DNA of 64,000 nt from the NCBI GenBank assembly GCA_964016885.1, contig OZ024754.1, positions 24,676,001-24,740,000 of the forward strand. The letters run 5' to 3'. Made by a program: the position numbers and the translations under genes. Source of the DNA: Eledone cirrhosa. Its lineage: Eukaryota. The notes under the pieces were generated by a model, which searched no databases, was not told where the DNA came from, and was given only the letters and a program-made list of their open reading frames with translations. Within the stretch, counting starts at the first letter, position 1; the number at the start of each line of letters is the position of its first letter. This document shows positions 29,025 to 44,100 of this stretch, piece by piece.

Positions 29025-29790
29025 CTATCTCTACTACCACTACCACCACCATCACTACTACCACCATCACCACTAGATCACCATCACTACCATCACCACC
29101 ACCACTAGACCACCATCACTACCACCACCACCACCACCACTAGATCACCTACACTACCACCACCACCACCACCACTAAACCACCATCACTACCACCACCA
29201 CCACCACTAAACCACCATCACTACCACCACCACCACCACTAGACCACCATCACTACCACCACCACCACCACTAGACCACCATCACTACCACCACCACCAC
29301 CACCACCACCACCATTAAACCACCATCACTACCACCACCACCACCACCACCACCACCACTAAACCACCTTCACTACCACCACCACCACCACTAGACCACC
29401 ATCACTACCACTACCACCACCACCACCACCACTAAACCACCATCACTACCACCACCACCACCACCACCACCACTAAACCACCACCACCACCACCACCACT
29501 AAACCACCACTAGACCACCATCACTACCACCACCATCACCACCACTAAACTACCATCACTACCACCACCACCACCACCACCACCACTAAACCACCATCAC
29601 TACCACCACCACTAGACCACCATCACTATCACTACCACCACCACCATTAGATCACCATCACTACCACCACCATCACCACCACCACCACTAGACCACTACC
29701 ACTAAACCACCATCACTACCACCACCACCACCACTAGACCACCATCACTACCACCACCACCACCACCACCACCACCACCACCACCACCAC
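29025..29790. repeat. (CAC)n-derived minisatellite with CACTAGAC/CACTAAAC interruptions
   Basis: Directly visible. Confidence 0.9.
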
Positions 29791-30217
29791 GAATGCGAGT
29801 GAGAGATGGTAAACATATCTAACCACATATTAATACGTTAAACTAGAAACATGTGGAAATAAAATATGAACAGATATCCATTATCCAAGTTCGCTACGAT
29901 TAGAGCAAAAATAAAAATAAAAGTCACCTATCTTTTAACTGAATTACAAACGTTTAATCAAAGAGGGCGCTGAGAAAAGAACATGGCGGCATTGATGGCA
30001 GAAACTCTATCGGGCGGATATTTTTCGATATTCCCCGAAGACATTGTTACGGCTGTTATAAGTCTACGTTTATCTTGCTTTTAATCCCGCAACGATGTAG
30101 TATCTTATCTAGTGAACGTTAGGCGGCGTTGCTTTTAAAATATAGCTGTCACAGATAAACAAATTACCAACGAAAGGAACATATAAAATATGTAGGAAGA
30201 AGAAAGTAAAATGTCAA

Positions 30218-30266
<49 letters not shown>

Positions 30267-30323
30267 CGTGTGTGTGCATGTGTGTGTACACATATATACA
30301 TATATATACATATATATATGTGT

Positions 30324-30398
<75 letters not shown>

Positions 30399-30747
30399 TA
30401 AAAGTAAATAAGCCACAAAACCACAAAACAGTAGTAAGTTAAATTGATCAGCAGGTATTCACTCAATCACTAACATCACGCTCTAACGCCAACATTTAAA
30501 TCAAATAGTCAACACTACAAGGTAAACAGAGAACACACAAACATATACACACACACAAACTCTCACACAGAGGCATACACACAGAGGCATACACAGACAC
30601 AGACATATATACAATGTTATAAGACATATAGGCCCTACGGTCAAACCTAAAAGATGTTCGATAGCGAAATGGTTTTAGTCGTATAAAGGTCTTATTGGTC
30701 TCAATTACTAATAGCATGTCTATCTATCTCACTGTCTCTCACTGTCA

Positions 30748-30872
<125 letters not shown>

Positions 30873-30969
30873 GAAGTTATATTTAATTTGTTGGGATTCC
30901 AACAAACTTCATTTTCAATCGTCAAGGTTGTTTGCCATGGTTATGTCACTATTTATAAAACAAATTTTG

Positions 30970-31034
30970 TATTTTATCTGATGAAAGCGCACCAAGATTG
31001 GCTTGGTCGCCCTTGAAATATATATAATAAAATA
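30970..31034 (+). ncRNA. Type I hammerhead ribozyme
   Basis: TATTTTAT-CTGATGA-AAGCGC-ACCAAG-ATTGG-CTTGGT-CGCCCTT-GAAA-TATATATA^ATAAAATA. Stem I is a perfect 8 bp and extends via TTTATAAAAC/GTTTTATAAA. Confidence 0.75.
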
Positions 31035-31151
31035 ATTATGGTTTTATAAATATAGTTTCCATTTATTAATATATTGTATATATATAAAAATTCATAACGA
31101 GACTATCGTACAATTACTACACACACACATATGTATATATGTATGTATGTA

Positions 31152-31187
<36 letters not shown>

Positions 31188-31189
31188 CT

Positions 31190-31570
31190 TATGGCTGATC
31201 AGTGGATCTGCTGATATGCAGATCTGACTGATCAGCCAGTCTGCTAATATGCAAATCTGACTGACCAGCCAGGCTGCTAATATGCAAATCAGGCTGATCA
31301 GTCACTGTATATTTTAGAAAATATCATATATTTTCACTAGCTCTGACAGTTGACAGGTGAACAGTGAGATGTACCGAAGAAGGGTAATCACCCAGAAACA
31401 TTAGTGTCTGCAGTTCTGTTTACATGCCGACACAGGAGCAAGAATGGCGGAGTCATTCTACTGACATGGCTTTAAAGAGGCTGTTTGCATAATTGCAAAC
31501 GAATTACTATTATTCGAAAAACTCAGATTATATTTATTGTATACAGCCATGTAGAGCGACAAACTATTTG
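31190..31570 (+). mobile_element. Octamer-repeat/HHR element, copy 1 (HHR at 31366-31416, core variant CCGAAGA)
   Basis: Homologous to 53785-54260. Stem II GGGT/ACCC, then GAAAC-ATTAGT-GTC^TGCAG. Confidence 0.75.
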
Positions 31571-31642
31571 TTATATATATAAATAAATATGGGGTGGCGT
31601 TATCTTATGGCTAAAACAGACTGGTCGGTCAAGGTGATCAAG

Positions 31643-31741
<99 letters not shown>

Positions 31742-32216
31742 ATGCGCGTGTGTGTGTATGTGTGTGTGTGCGTGTGTGAGTGTGCAGTAACCCTACGATA
31801 GTCTCGTTATGAATTTTTTTAGATTGTAATCATATCACAGCCATCTCAGTCGCTGGTGAGAATGCCAGACAACTGTCTGACATTCTCACCGGCAAAAAAA
31901 TACATAGCAATGCTCTAATATGTTTATTATACATAAACATATATTATATCCTTTCATATACACCACTATGATGAACCACGCTATGTTAGTGCCACTTCTA
32001 ATTACCACCATGTATATGTGTGTGGGAGCGCGCATATCTGTAGATAGGTTTATTTTTAGATGCTTATATATAAACATACATACAAGCACTGACATTTGGA
32101 CACACACACACTCACTCACATACACACACACACATACGCATTCATATATCCACACACTCACGCATATATATATATCATATATATATGTGTGTGTGTGTGT
32201 ATATATACACGCACAC

Positions 32217-32279
<63 letters not shown>

Positions 32280-32300
32280 CATATATACATCTATACATCT

Positions 32301-32444
<144 letters not shown>

Positions 32445-32468
32445 GGATGTTTATACATATATATATAT

Positions 32469-32586
32469 ATGTTTTTATCATGTGCATGTGTGCCCATATC
32501 CTTGTGTGTGTGTGTGCGCGTGTGTGTGTGTGTGTCTAACAGGGTCACGGGTCACGTAGCGAAGGATACACACACACACACTCATA

Positions 32587-32618
<32 letters not shown>

Positions 32619-32619
32619 C

Positions 32620-32676
<57 letters not shown>

Positions 32677-32837
32677 TGTGTGCGTGTATGTACTACCCAA
32701 GCATTACTGCGATATACCTCCTCCTTCGCTACGTGACCCGTGACCCTGTTAGACACACACACACACATACACACACACACACACACATACACACACACAC
32801 ACAAGGATATGGGCACACATGCACATGATAAAAACAT
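32469..32837. repeat. Inverted repeat (~100-bp arms) around a TA/CA tract
   Basis: 32469-32566 is the reverse complement of 32722-32837. Confidence 0.85.
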
Positions 32838-33094
32838 AGACATGCGCAAAGGAAGCAGAAAGCGTGTTATAACAACAACAAAAACAACAACAGCAACCCC
32901 AGTAGACGGCGCAGCTTCCACCTAGAGAACAAACGGCCTCGTATTACCGCTTATGTCGTTACTAAAACAATAAACTATAAGATGGTATTGACTTCTCAAC
33001 TATTCAGGAGAATCGGCGAATATTGTTTGATGGCCATCAACTGACGAACATATTGTGGAAGGGGTAATAACACTGACGCTGACAACTGGTGCAG

Positions 33095-33500
33095 TATGTG
33101 TGTGAAGGAGTGTGTGTGTGTGTGTGTGTGGTAGGTAGTGATATTTGTGTGTGTCAGCCATAATATGTGTTTATGCGTGTGTGTTTCAGCCTACTATGTG
33201 TGTGTGTATATATAATATATGTGCGTGTGTGTGTGTGTATGTGTTAGGTAGTGATATGTGTGTGTGTATATATAATATGTGTGTGTGTGTGTATATATAA
33301 TGTGTGTGTGTGTGGTAGCTAGTGATATTTGTGTGTGTCAGCCATAATGTGTGTTTATGCGTGTGTGTTTCAGCCTACTATGTGTGTGTGCATATATAAT
33401 ATATGTGTGCGTGTGTGATAGGTAGTGATATTTGTGTGTATCAGCCTAATATATGTTTATGCGTGTGTGTTTCAGCCTACTATGTGTGTGTGTGTGTATA
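33095..33500. repeat. TG-rich imperfect tandem repeat
   Basis: GTAGTGATATTTGTGTG...CAGCCTACTATG occurs three times. Confidence 0.75.
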
Positions 33501-33502
33501 TA

Positions 33503-33634
<132 letters not shown>

Positions 33635-34266
33635 GCGCGCGCACACACACCATTAAAAACTGTAGGTTGAATAATTTGAGTTCTTAACCAAACGTGTTTC
33701 TGCATTTCTCCGTATTATGTCTTCGTTGTAGTATAGAATTATATATATAATTATATATCACCTCCCCAATTTCTTTAATACCCCCGTCCATTATCACACG
33801 CGCTTGTACATTCACCCCTAGATTCCTATCGCTCTCTCTTGATCACTAACATCTCTTACAACTAACACAGACCGACAAAATATGCTCACTCCACTTTTCC
33901 CTTCATTGCTCTTATATTACTTTTGCTCATAGCTTCGTACTTACATGCACACACACTCTTTTACTCACATATACACACACATTTCTTCTTAGCTTCGTAC
34001 GAACGTATAAGAACAGACCCCCCCCCCCCCCACACACACACACATGCTTACGCACATGCACAACTATAGCTCTTTTTACAAAACGGCTTCTTTTCCATAG
34101 ACGCGCTCTATCATCAAGTTTTCTAAAAAAAAAAATCATACACAAAACACCAGCACCAACAGTTTTGCAAGAGATGTCAACATGAATGGACCTGTTATTT
34201 TTATCTAAAGACATTTTTCCAATTCTAACCCGCTTGTCCCCTCAATCTATCTTATTTCTCATTCTT

Positions 34267-34302
34267 TCTTCTGATGAAGGACTAGCGTCCGAAACGTTAA
34301 GA
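34267..34302 (+). ncRNA. Minimal (Penelope-type) hammerhead ribozyme
   Basis: TCTT-CTGATGA-A-GGAC-TAGC-GTCC-GAAAC-GTT^AAGA, with a loopless palindromic stem III. Diverged homologs at 18170-18298 (+) and 37277-37401 (-). Confidence 0.8.
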
Positions 34303-34404
34303 CCCTCTTCCTGCTATTTCAAGCGGTAACCTAATATATTCCTTCCATATACTGTACCGATTGTGTTGTTATTTCTGTTTACCTTTTACATACATATATA
34401 TATT

Positions 34405-34458
<54 letters not shown>

Positions 34459-34629
34459 CCTTTTGGCAGCGCAGCTAGTTTTTGTCGATTTATTATTTTA
34501 AATCGATGTGGACGAACTGTAGTAAAATAATTAATAATTAATATTCTTCATTCTGGCTAATTTTCTTTTGAAATATAAATACAGATGTGTTGGTATCTGT
34601 TTCATCATATATATTACTCATATATATTA

Positions 34630-34734
<105 letters not shown>

Positions 34735-35013
34735 CCATGTAGTCCCAATCACTACATGGATGAGGAAAGCACGATCCAGAGAGGAATGGACGGCGGGCGT
34801 GCTGTGACCAGCGGCGCCGAATGGACGCCCGACAGACTGGTCGGTCAAGGTGATCAAGGTGATATATATATATATTTAATAAATTCATAGGGATATATGT
34901 ATATATTTAGACATATATTTAGACATAGTCACAAATACATATATGAGTGTGGTTACCTTTCACGGTGTGGCTCAATTAAAAATTTAATTAAGCAAATAAT
35001 TATTAATCAGAGC

Positions 35014-35450
35014 TATATACAAAATTGCAAGTTTGAAGAATTATTAGATAAAATATACCCAATATTTCTTCACCCTAGTCCGTAGAACTCAACTAGATAA
35101 ATAATCATTTAAACGGAACTATAAGTTTAAAATGTAACTTTGAAGAAATAATAGACAAATGATACAGACTATTTTCCGCGAGGAACACTCAGATAAAATT
35201 TATCCAGTCTTTCCTCTTAGCCCGTAGAAATTAACTAGACAAATAATCAATTAAGACTGGACAAATTTTATCTGAGTGTTCCTCGCGGAAAATAGTCTGT
35301 ATCATTTGTCTATTATTTCTTCGAAGTTACATTTTAAACTAATAGTTCCGTTTAAATGATTATTTATCTAGTTGATTTCTACGGACTAGGGTGAAGAAAA
35401 ATTGGGTATATTTTATCTAATAATTCTTCAAACTTGCAATTTTATATATA
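35014..35450. repeat. Foldback (~190-bp arms)
   Basis: 35014-35200 is the reverse complement of 35263-35450. Both ends are TATATA-like. Confidence 0.9.
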
Positions 35451-35762
35451 TTTGTAAGAGCCCACTTGCATAAGAATCCATTGATCTTACACAAGTTTCT
35501 ACATAACTTGGTATAATTTCACCCACCATGTAGAAATCTTACAATGAAACGATTCGTTTGGGAAATGAGATCTTTAATATATCTCATATAAAATAATACA
35601 GCCAATTATCCACACAATACAATATAGTTAGCACCCCAAACGTTTAATTGGGAATATACTCCGGTATTTCCTAATGTTTGTTGAGTGAGTTCGACATTGG
35701 TCGGAGTATCGCTATTAGCTTTCTCCGTTTATGTAATTATATATATATATATATATATATAT

Positions 35763-36920
35763 CCTGTTTTATTTTAACATGTCTATTGAGCACTTTTATT
35801 CGATATGTGTATTTCCACATTTCCTCGAATAGTTTTCGCTGATGTAGAGGTTTTCTCCCTTGCCGGATTCCATGTGCGTATTTTGCTTGTAGTTAGCCTC
35901 TTATCCGCTAGGACGAAGCTCGTTGAAGAAGTAAATTTCCAGTCCGCTTATTCTAGAAGTCTTATATATTTATATGTGAGCTGATAGAGTACAGTCTAAG
36001 GATTTACAGAAACCCAAGAAGCTAGATTTAACACCTTTCTAGTGGGTCCGGGTATGATTTTACATTCATTTAAATTATTGATTTATTGATTTATTGATAT
36101 TTTTTATCTGATTGTCCCGAATCTTCTATTATCGATTTTTTTTATCGTATGGTTGATTTTAGACTTGTTCTATGTGTGACGGTATTTTAACGATAGTTAT
36201 AGCTCTGATTCATCTGAATTATTGAGCCCTCTGCCGCTCATTTCGAATTTTGTTTATCGTGAACTCGTGCGCCGATTTTTCGATACTCGATCATTCTAAT
36301 ATTTTTAGCTCTGGACATAGCTATCCAACAGTTAATTTTATTGCTCATTTTTTGTCGATTCTATTGAGTGATGAATAGCTCCTGTTTTATTTTAACATGT
36401 CTATTGAGCACTTTTATTCGATATGTGTATTTCCACATTTCCTCGAATAGTTTTCGCTGATGTAGAGGTTTTCTCCCTTGCCAGATTCCATGTGCGTATT
36501 TTGCTTGTAGTTAGCCTCTTATCCGCTAGGACGAAGCTCGTTGAAGAAGTAAATTTCCAGTTCGCTTATTCTAGAAGTCTTATATATTTATATGTGAGCT
36601 GATAGAGTACAGTCTAAGGATTTACAGAAACCCAAGAAGCTAGATTTAACACCTTTCTAGTGGGTCCGGGTATGATTTTACATTCATTTAAATTATTGAT
36701 TTATTGATTTATTGATATTTTTTATCTGATTGTCCCGAATCTTCTATTATCGATTTTTTTTATCGTATGGTTGATTTTAGACTTGTTCTATGTGTGACGG
36801 TATTTTAACGATAGTTATAGCTCTGATTCATCTGAATTATTGAGCCCTCTGCCGCTCATTTCGAATTTTGTTTATCGTGAACTCGTGCGCCGATTTTTCG
36901 ATACTCGATCATTCTAATAT
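35763..36920. repeat. Tandem dimer of a 618-bp unit (~1.9 copies) between two (TA)n tracts
   Basis: CCTGTTTTATTTTAACATG at 35763 and 36381; the two copies are near-identical. Confidence 0.92.
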
Positions 36921-37154
36921 ATATATATATATATACAGATTAGAGCAAACATCACGAGCGCTCTATCTCAAAATTATTTTTGAAAAGCATTAGAAATGCG
37001 CAACCGGTAAAAACTTAAAACTAAAACTGAATACTAACCAATACGTATTACTAATTTATACTTATTCCTAATTAAACTATTTTTCACTGGGAAAAATTTG
37101 TCAGCATTTTCTTTTCCTTTTTACTAATATTTCACAACTCGTGTCTTACACCTC

Positions 37155-37186
<32 letters not shown>

Positions 37187-37189
37187 AAT

Positions 37190-37278
<89 letters not shown>

Positions 37279-37554
37279 AAAGGCAAACAGAAATAACAAA
37301 ACAAACGACACAGTACAATGAAGAAATATATTATTAGTTTTACGCTTGATATAGTAGGAATAGAATCTAAAAGTTTCCGACGCTAGTCCTTCATCAGAAA
37401 TAGAAAGAGAAATAAAGAAGAAATAGAAAGATAGTGGTGACTGGGCAGTGACAGAAGCGGAGAAATTCTTTGAGTAAAAAGGTCTATTCACATCATCGTC
37501 TCTTGGAAAACTGCATATATACTGTGTCTGTGTGTGTGCCTGTGCCTGTGTGTG

Positions 37555-37605
<51 letters not shown>

Positions 37606-38181
37606 ACACGTGTGTGTAACTGTGTGTAACTGTGTGGTACACGTGCGTATGTCTCTGGGTGCAGGCGTGTGTGTGTATCTGTTTGCGTATGTCTCTGCCC
37701 GTGTGTGTCTGCTTGTGTGTGTGCGTGTGTGTGCGGGCCTGCGTGTATATATGTGCTTGTGTGTGCCTGTGTGTGTGTATGTGTGTGTGTGTGTGCACAT
37801 GTGTGCTTGTGTGTGTTTGCCTGTGTGTCTACACGTGTGTGTGTGTGTGTGTGTGCCTGTGCGTACTTGTGTGTGTGTGTTGGGCAGTGTCTGCGCGTGT
37901 ATGTGTGCCTCTGTGTGTTCACGTGTATGTGTGCCTCTGTGTGCACGTGTGTGAGTATTATGAAGATATCTATCTCGGCTGATATGGTTGTGATGACAGG
38001 CGGCATCGTTTGGCATCTCTTTTACATTCTACAGATGAAGAGGACAACTGGTTTACATTTCCACTCCTCTCCCACCCTTTCTACTACAGTAACATCAATC
38101 TCCCATCCCTCAAGACCACATCCAACCACCGACCAACCACCACTACCTCCAACTAACACTCCCTCTCTCCAGCCCTCGTAC

Positions 38182-41100
38182 GGTATTCCAAGATAGAGTA
38201 TTCCAAGATACAGTATTCCAAGATAGAGTATTCCAAGATACAGTATTCCAAGATACAGTATGCCAAGATACAGTATTCCAAGATACAGTATGCCAAGATA
38301 CAGTATTCCAAGATACAGTATGCCAAGATACAGTATTCCAAGATACAGTATTCCAAGATACAGTATTCCAAGATACAGTATGCCAAGATACAGTATTCCA
38401 AGATACAGTATTCCAAGATACAGTATTCCAAGATACAGTATGCCAAGATACAGTATTCCAAGATACAGTATGCCAAGATACAGTATGCCAAGATACAGTA
38501 TTCCAAGATACAGTATGCCAAGATACAGTATTCCAAGATACAGTATTCCAAGATACAGTATGCCAAGATACAGTATTCCAAGATACAGTATTCCAAGATA
38601 CAGTATTCCAAGATACAGTATGCCAAGATACAGTATTCCAAGATACAGTATTCCAAGATACAGTATTCCAAGATACAGTATGCCAAGATACAGTATTCCA
38701 AGATACAGTATGCCAAGATACAGTATGCCAAGATACAGTATTCCAAGATACAGTATGCCAAGATACAGTATTCCAAGATACAGTATTCCAAGATACAGTA
38801 TGCCAAGATACAGTATTCCAAGATACAGTATTCCAAGATACAGTATGCCAAGATACAGTATTCCAAGATACAGTATTCCAAGATACAGTATTCCAAGATA
38901 CAGTATGCCAAGATACAGTATTCCAAGATACAGTATGCCAAGATACAGTATGCCAAGATACAGTATTCCAAGATACAGTATGCCAAGATACAGTATTCCA
39001 AGATACAGTATTCCAAGATACAGTATGCCAAGATACAGTATTCCAAGATACAGTATTCCAAGATACAGTATTCCAAGATACAGTATGCCAAGATACAGTA
39101 TGCCAAGATACAGTATTCCAAGATACAGTATGCCAAGATACAGTATTCCAAGATACAGTATTCCAAGATACAGTATTCCAAGATACAGTATGCCAAGATA
39201 CAGTATTCCAAGATACAGTATGCCAAGATACAGTATGCCAAGATACAGTATTCCAAGATACAGTATGCCAAGATACAGTATTCCAAGATACAGTATTCCA
39301 AGATACAGTATGCCAAGATACAGTATTCCAAGATACAGTATTCCAAGATACAGTATTCCAAGATACAGTATGCCAAGATACAGTATGCCAAGATACAGTA
39401 TTCCAAGATACAGTATGCCAAGATACAGTATGCCAAGATACAGTATGCCAAGATACAGTATTCCAAGATACAGTATTCCAAGATACAGTATGCCAAGATA
39501 CAGTATTCCAAGATACAGTATTCCAAGATACAGTATTCCAAGATACAGTATGCCAAGATACAGTATTCCAAGATACAGTATGCCAAGATACAGTATTCCA
39601 AGATACAGTATGCCAAGATACAGTATTCCAAGATACAGTATGCCAAGATACAGTATTCCAAGATACAGTATGCCAAGATACAGTATTCCAAGATACAGTA
39701 TGCCAAGATACAGTATTCCAAGATACAGTATTCCAAGATACAGTATTCCAAGATACAGTATTCCAAGATACAGTATTCCAAGATACAGTATGCCAAGATA
39801 CAGTATTCCAAGATACAGTATTCCAAGATACAGTATTCCAAGATACAGTATGCCAAGATACAGTATTCCAAGATACAGTATGCCAAGATACAGTATGCCA
39901 AGATACAGTATGCCAAGATACAGTATGCCAAGATACAGTATTCCAAGATACAGTATTTCAAGGTATAGTATTCCAAGATACAGTATTCCAAGATACAGTA
40001 TGCCAAGATACAGTATTCCAAGATACAGTATTCCAAGATACAGTATGCCAAGATACAGTATTCCAAGATACAGTATTTCAAGGTATAGTATTCCAAGATA
40101 CAGTATTCCAAGATACAGTATGCCAAGATACAGTATTCCAAGATACAGTATTCCAAGATACAGTATGCCAAGATACAGTATTCCAAGATACAGTATGCCA
40201 AGATACAGTATTCCAAGATACAGTATGCCAAGATACAGTATTCCAAGATACAGTATTCCAAGATACAGTATTCCAAGATACAGTATGCCAAGATACAGTA
40301 TTCCAAGATACAGTATTCCAAGATACAGTATTCCAAGATACAGTATTCCAAGATACAGTATTCCAAGATACAGTATTCCAAGATACAGTATGCCAAGATA
40401 CAGTATGCCAAGATACAGTATTCCAAGATACAGTATGCCAAGATACAGTATGCCAAGATACAGTATGCCAAGATACAGTATTCCAAGATACAGTATTTCA
40501 AGGTATAGTATTCCAAGATACAGTATTCCAAGATACAGTATTTCAAGATACAGTATTCCAAGATACAGTATTCCAAGATACAGTATTCCAAGATACAGTA
40601 TTCCAAGATACAGTATTCCAAGATACAGTATGCCAAGATACAGTATGCCAAGATACAGTATTCCAAGATACAGTATGCCAAGATACAGTATTCCAAGATA
40701 CAGTATTCCAAGATACAGTATTCCAAGATACAGTATTCCAAGGTATAGTATTCCAAGATCCAGCATTCCTAGAGACAGTATTCCAAGATACACTATTCCA
40801 AGGTATAGTATTCCAAGATACAGTATTCCAAGGTATAGTATTCCAAGATACACTATTCCAAGATACAGTATTCCAAGATACACTATTCCAAGATACAGTA
40901 TTCCAAGAAACAGTATTCCAAGATACAGTATTCCAACATACAGTATTCCAAGGTATAGTATTCCAAGAAACAGTATTCCAAGATACAGTATTCCAACATA
41001 CAGTATTCCAAGGTATAGTATTCCAAGATACAGTATTTCAAGATACAGTATTTCAAGATACAGTATTCCAAGAAACAGTATTCCTAGATACAGTATTCCA

Positions 41101-44100
41101 ACATACAGTATTCCAAGATACAGTATTCCAAGATACAGTATTCCGAGATACAGTATTCCTAGATACAGTATTCCAAGGTATAGTATTCCAAGATACAGTA
41201 TTCCAAGAAACAGTATTCCAAGGTACAGTATTCCAAGATACAGTATTCCAAGATACAGTATTCCTAGATACAGTATTCCAAGATACAGTATTCCAAGATA
41301 CAGTATTCCGAGATACAGTATTCCTAGTTATAGTATTCCTAGATACAGTATTCCAAGATATAGTATTCCAAGATACAGTATTCCAAGATACAGTATTCTG
41401 AGATACAGTATTCCTAGTTATAGTATTCCTAGATACAGTATTCCTAGATACAGTATTCCAAGATACAGTATGCCAAGATACAGTATTCCAAGATACAGTA
41501 TTCCAAGTTATAGTATTCCAAGATACAGTATTCCAAGATACAGTATTCCTAGTTATAGTATTCCTAGATACAGTATTCCTAGATACAGTATTCCAAGATA
41601 CAGTATGCCAAGATACAGTATTCCAAGATACAGTATTCCAAGAAACAGTATTCCAAGATACAGTATTCCAAGATACAGTATTTCAAGATACAGTATTCCA
41701 AGATACAGTATTCCAAGATACAGTATTTCAAGATACAGTATTCCAAGGTACAGTATTCCAAGATACAGTATTCCAAGAAACAGTATTCCAAGATACAGTA
41801 TTTCAAGATACAGTATTCCAAGATACAGTATTCCAAGATACACTATTCCAAGATACAGTATTCCAAGATACAGTATTCCAAGATACAGTATTCCAAGATA
41901 CACTATTCCAAGATACAGTATTCCAAGATACAGTATTCCAAGATACAGTATTCCAAGATACAGTATTCCAAGATACAGTATTTCAAGATACAGTATTCCA
42001 AGGTATAGTATTCCAAGATACAGTATTTCAAGATACAGTATTCCAAGGTATAGTATTCCAAGATACAGTATTCCAAGATACAGTATTCCAAGAAACAGTA
42101 TTCCAAGATACAGTATTCCAAGATACAGTATTTCAAGATACAGTATTCCAAGGTATAGTATTCCAAGATACAGTATTTCAAGATACAGTATTCCAAGTTA
42201 TAGTATTCCAAGATACAGTATTCCAAGATACAGTATTCCAAGATACAGTATTTCAAGATACAGTATTCCAAGTTATAGTATTCCAAGATACAGTATTCCA
42301 AGATACAGTATTCCAAGATACAATATTTCAAGATACAGTATTCCAAGTTATAGTATTCCAAGATACAGTATTCCAAGATACAGTATTCCAAGAAACAGTA
42401 TTTCAAGATACAGTATTCCAAGTTATAGTATTCCAAGATACAGTATTCCAAGATACAGTATTCCAAGATACAGTATTTCAAGATACAGTATTCCAAGTTA
42501 TAATATTCCAAGATACAGTATTCCAAGATACAGTATTCCAAGATACAGTATTTCAAGATACAGTATTCCAAGTTATAGTATTCCAAGATACAGTATTCCA
42601 AGATACAGTATTTCAAGTTATAGTATTCCAAGATACAGTATTCCAAGTTATAGTATTCCAAGATACAGTATTTCAAGATACAGTATTTCAAGATACAGTA
42701 TTCCAAGTTATAGTATTCCAAGATACAGTATTTCAAGATACAGTATTTCAAGATACAGTATTCCAAGATACAGTATTCCAAGATACAGTATTTCAAGATA
42801 CAGTATTTCAAGATACAGTATTCCAAGATACAGTATTTCAAGATACAGTATTTCAAGATACAGTATTTCAAGATACAGTATTCCAAGATACAGTATTCCA
42901 AGATACAGTATTCCAAGATACAGTATTTCAAGTTATAGTATTCCAAGATACAGTATTCCAAGTTATAGTATTCCAAGATACAGTATTTCAAGATACAGTA
43001 TTTCAAGATACAGTATTCCAAGATACAGTATTCCAAGATACAGTATTTCAAGATACAGTATTTCAAGATACAGTATTCCAAGATACAGTATTCCAAGATA
43101 CAGTATTCCAAGATACAGTATTCCAAGGTATAGTATTCCAAGATCCAGTATTCCAAGATACAGTATTCCAAGATACAGTATTCCAAGATACAGTATTCCA
43201 AGGTATAGTATTCCAAGATCCAGTATTCCAAGGTATAGTATTCCAAGATACACTATTCCAAGATACAGTATTCCAAGATACAGTATTTCAAGATACAGTA
43301 TTCCAAGGTATAGTATTCCAAGATCCAGTATTCCAAGGTATAGTATTCCAAGATACACTATTCCAAGATACAGTATTCCAAGATACACTATTCCAAGATA
43401 CAGTATTCCAAGATACACTATTCCAAGATACAGTATTCCAAGATACACTATTCCAAGGTATAGTATTCCAAGATACAGTATTCCAAGTTACAGTATTCCA
43501 AGATACAGTATTCCTAGATACAGTATTCCAAGATACAGTATTCCAAGATACAGTATTCCAAGATACACTATTCCAAGATACAGTATTCCAAGATACAGTA
43601 TTTCAAGATACAGTATTCCAAGATACAGTATTCCAAGATACAGTATTCCAAGGTACAGTATTCCAAGATACACTATTCCAAGATACACTATTCCAAGATA
43701 CAGTATTCCAAGATACAGTATTCCAAGATACACTATTCCAAGATACAGTATTCCAAGATACAGTATTCCAAGAAACAGTATTTCAAGATACAGTATTCCA
43801 AGATACAGTATTCCAAGATACAGTATTCCAAGATACAGTATTTCAAGATACAGTATTCCAAGATACAGTATTCCAAGATACAGTATTCCAAGATACAGTA
43901 TTTCAAGATACAGTATTTCAAGATACAGTATTCCAAGATACAGTATTCCAAGATACAGTATTCCAAGATACAGTATTCCAAGATACAGTATTTCAAGATA
44001 CAGTATTTCAAGATACAGTATTTCAAGATACAGTATTCCAAGATACAGTATTCCAAGATACAGTATTCCAAGAAACAGTATTCCAAGATACAGTATTCCA

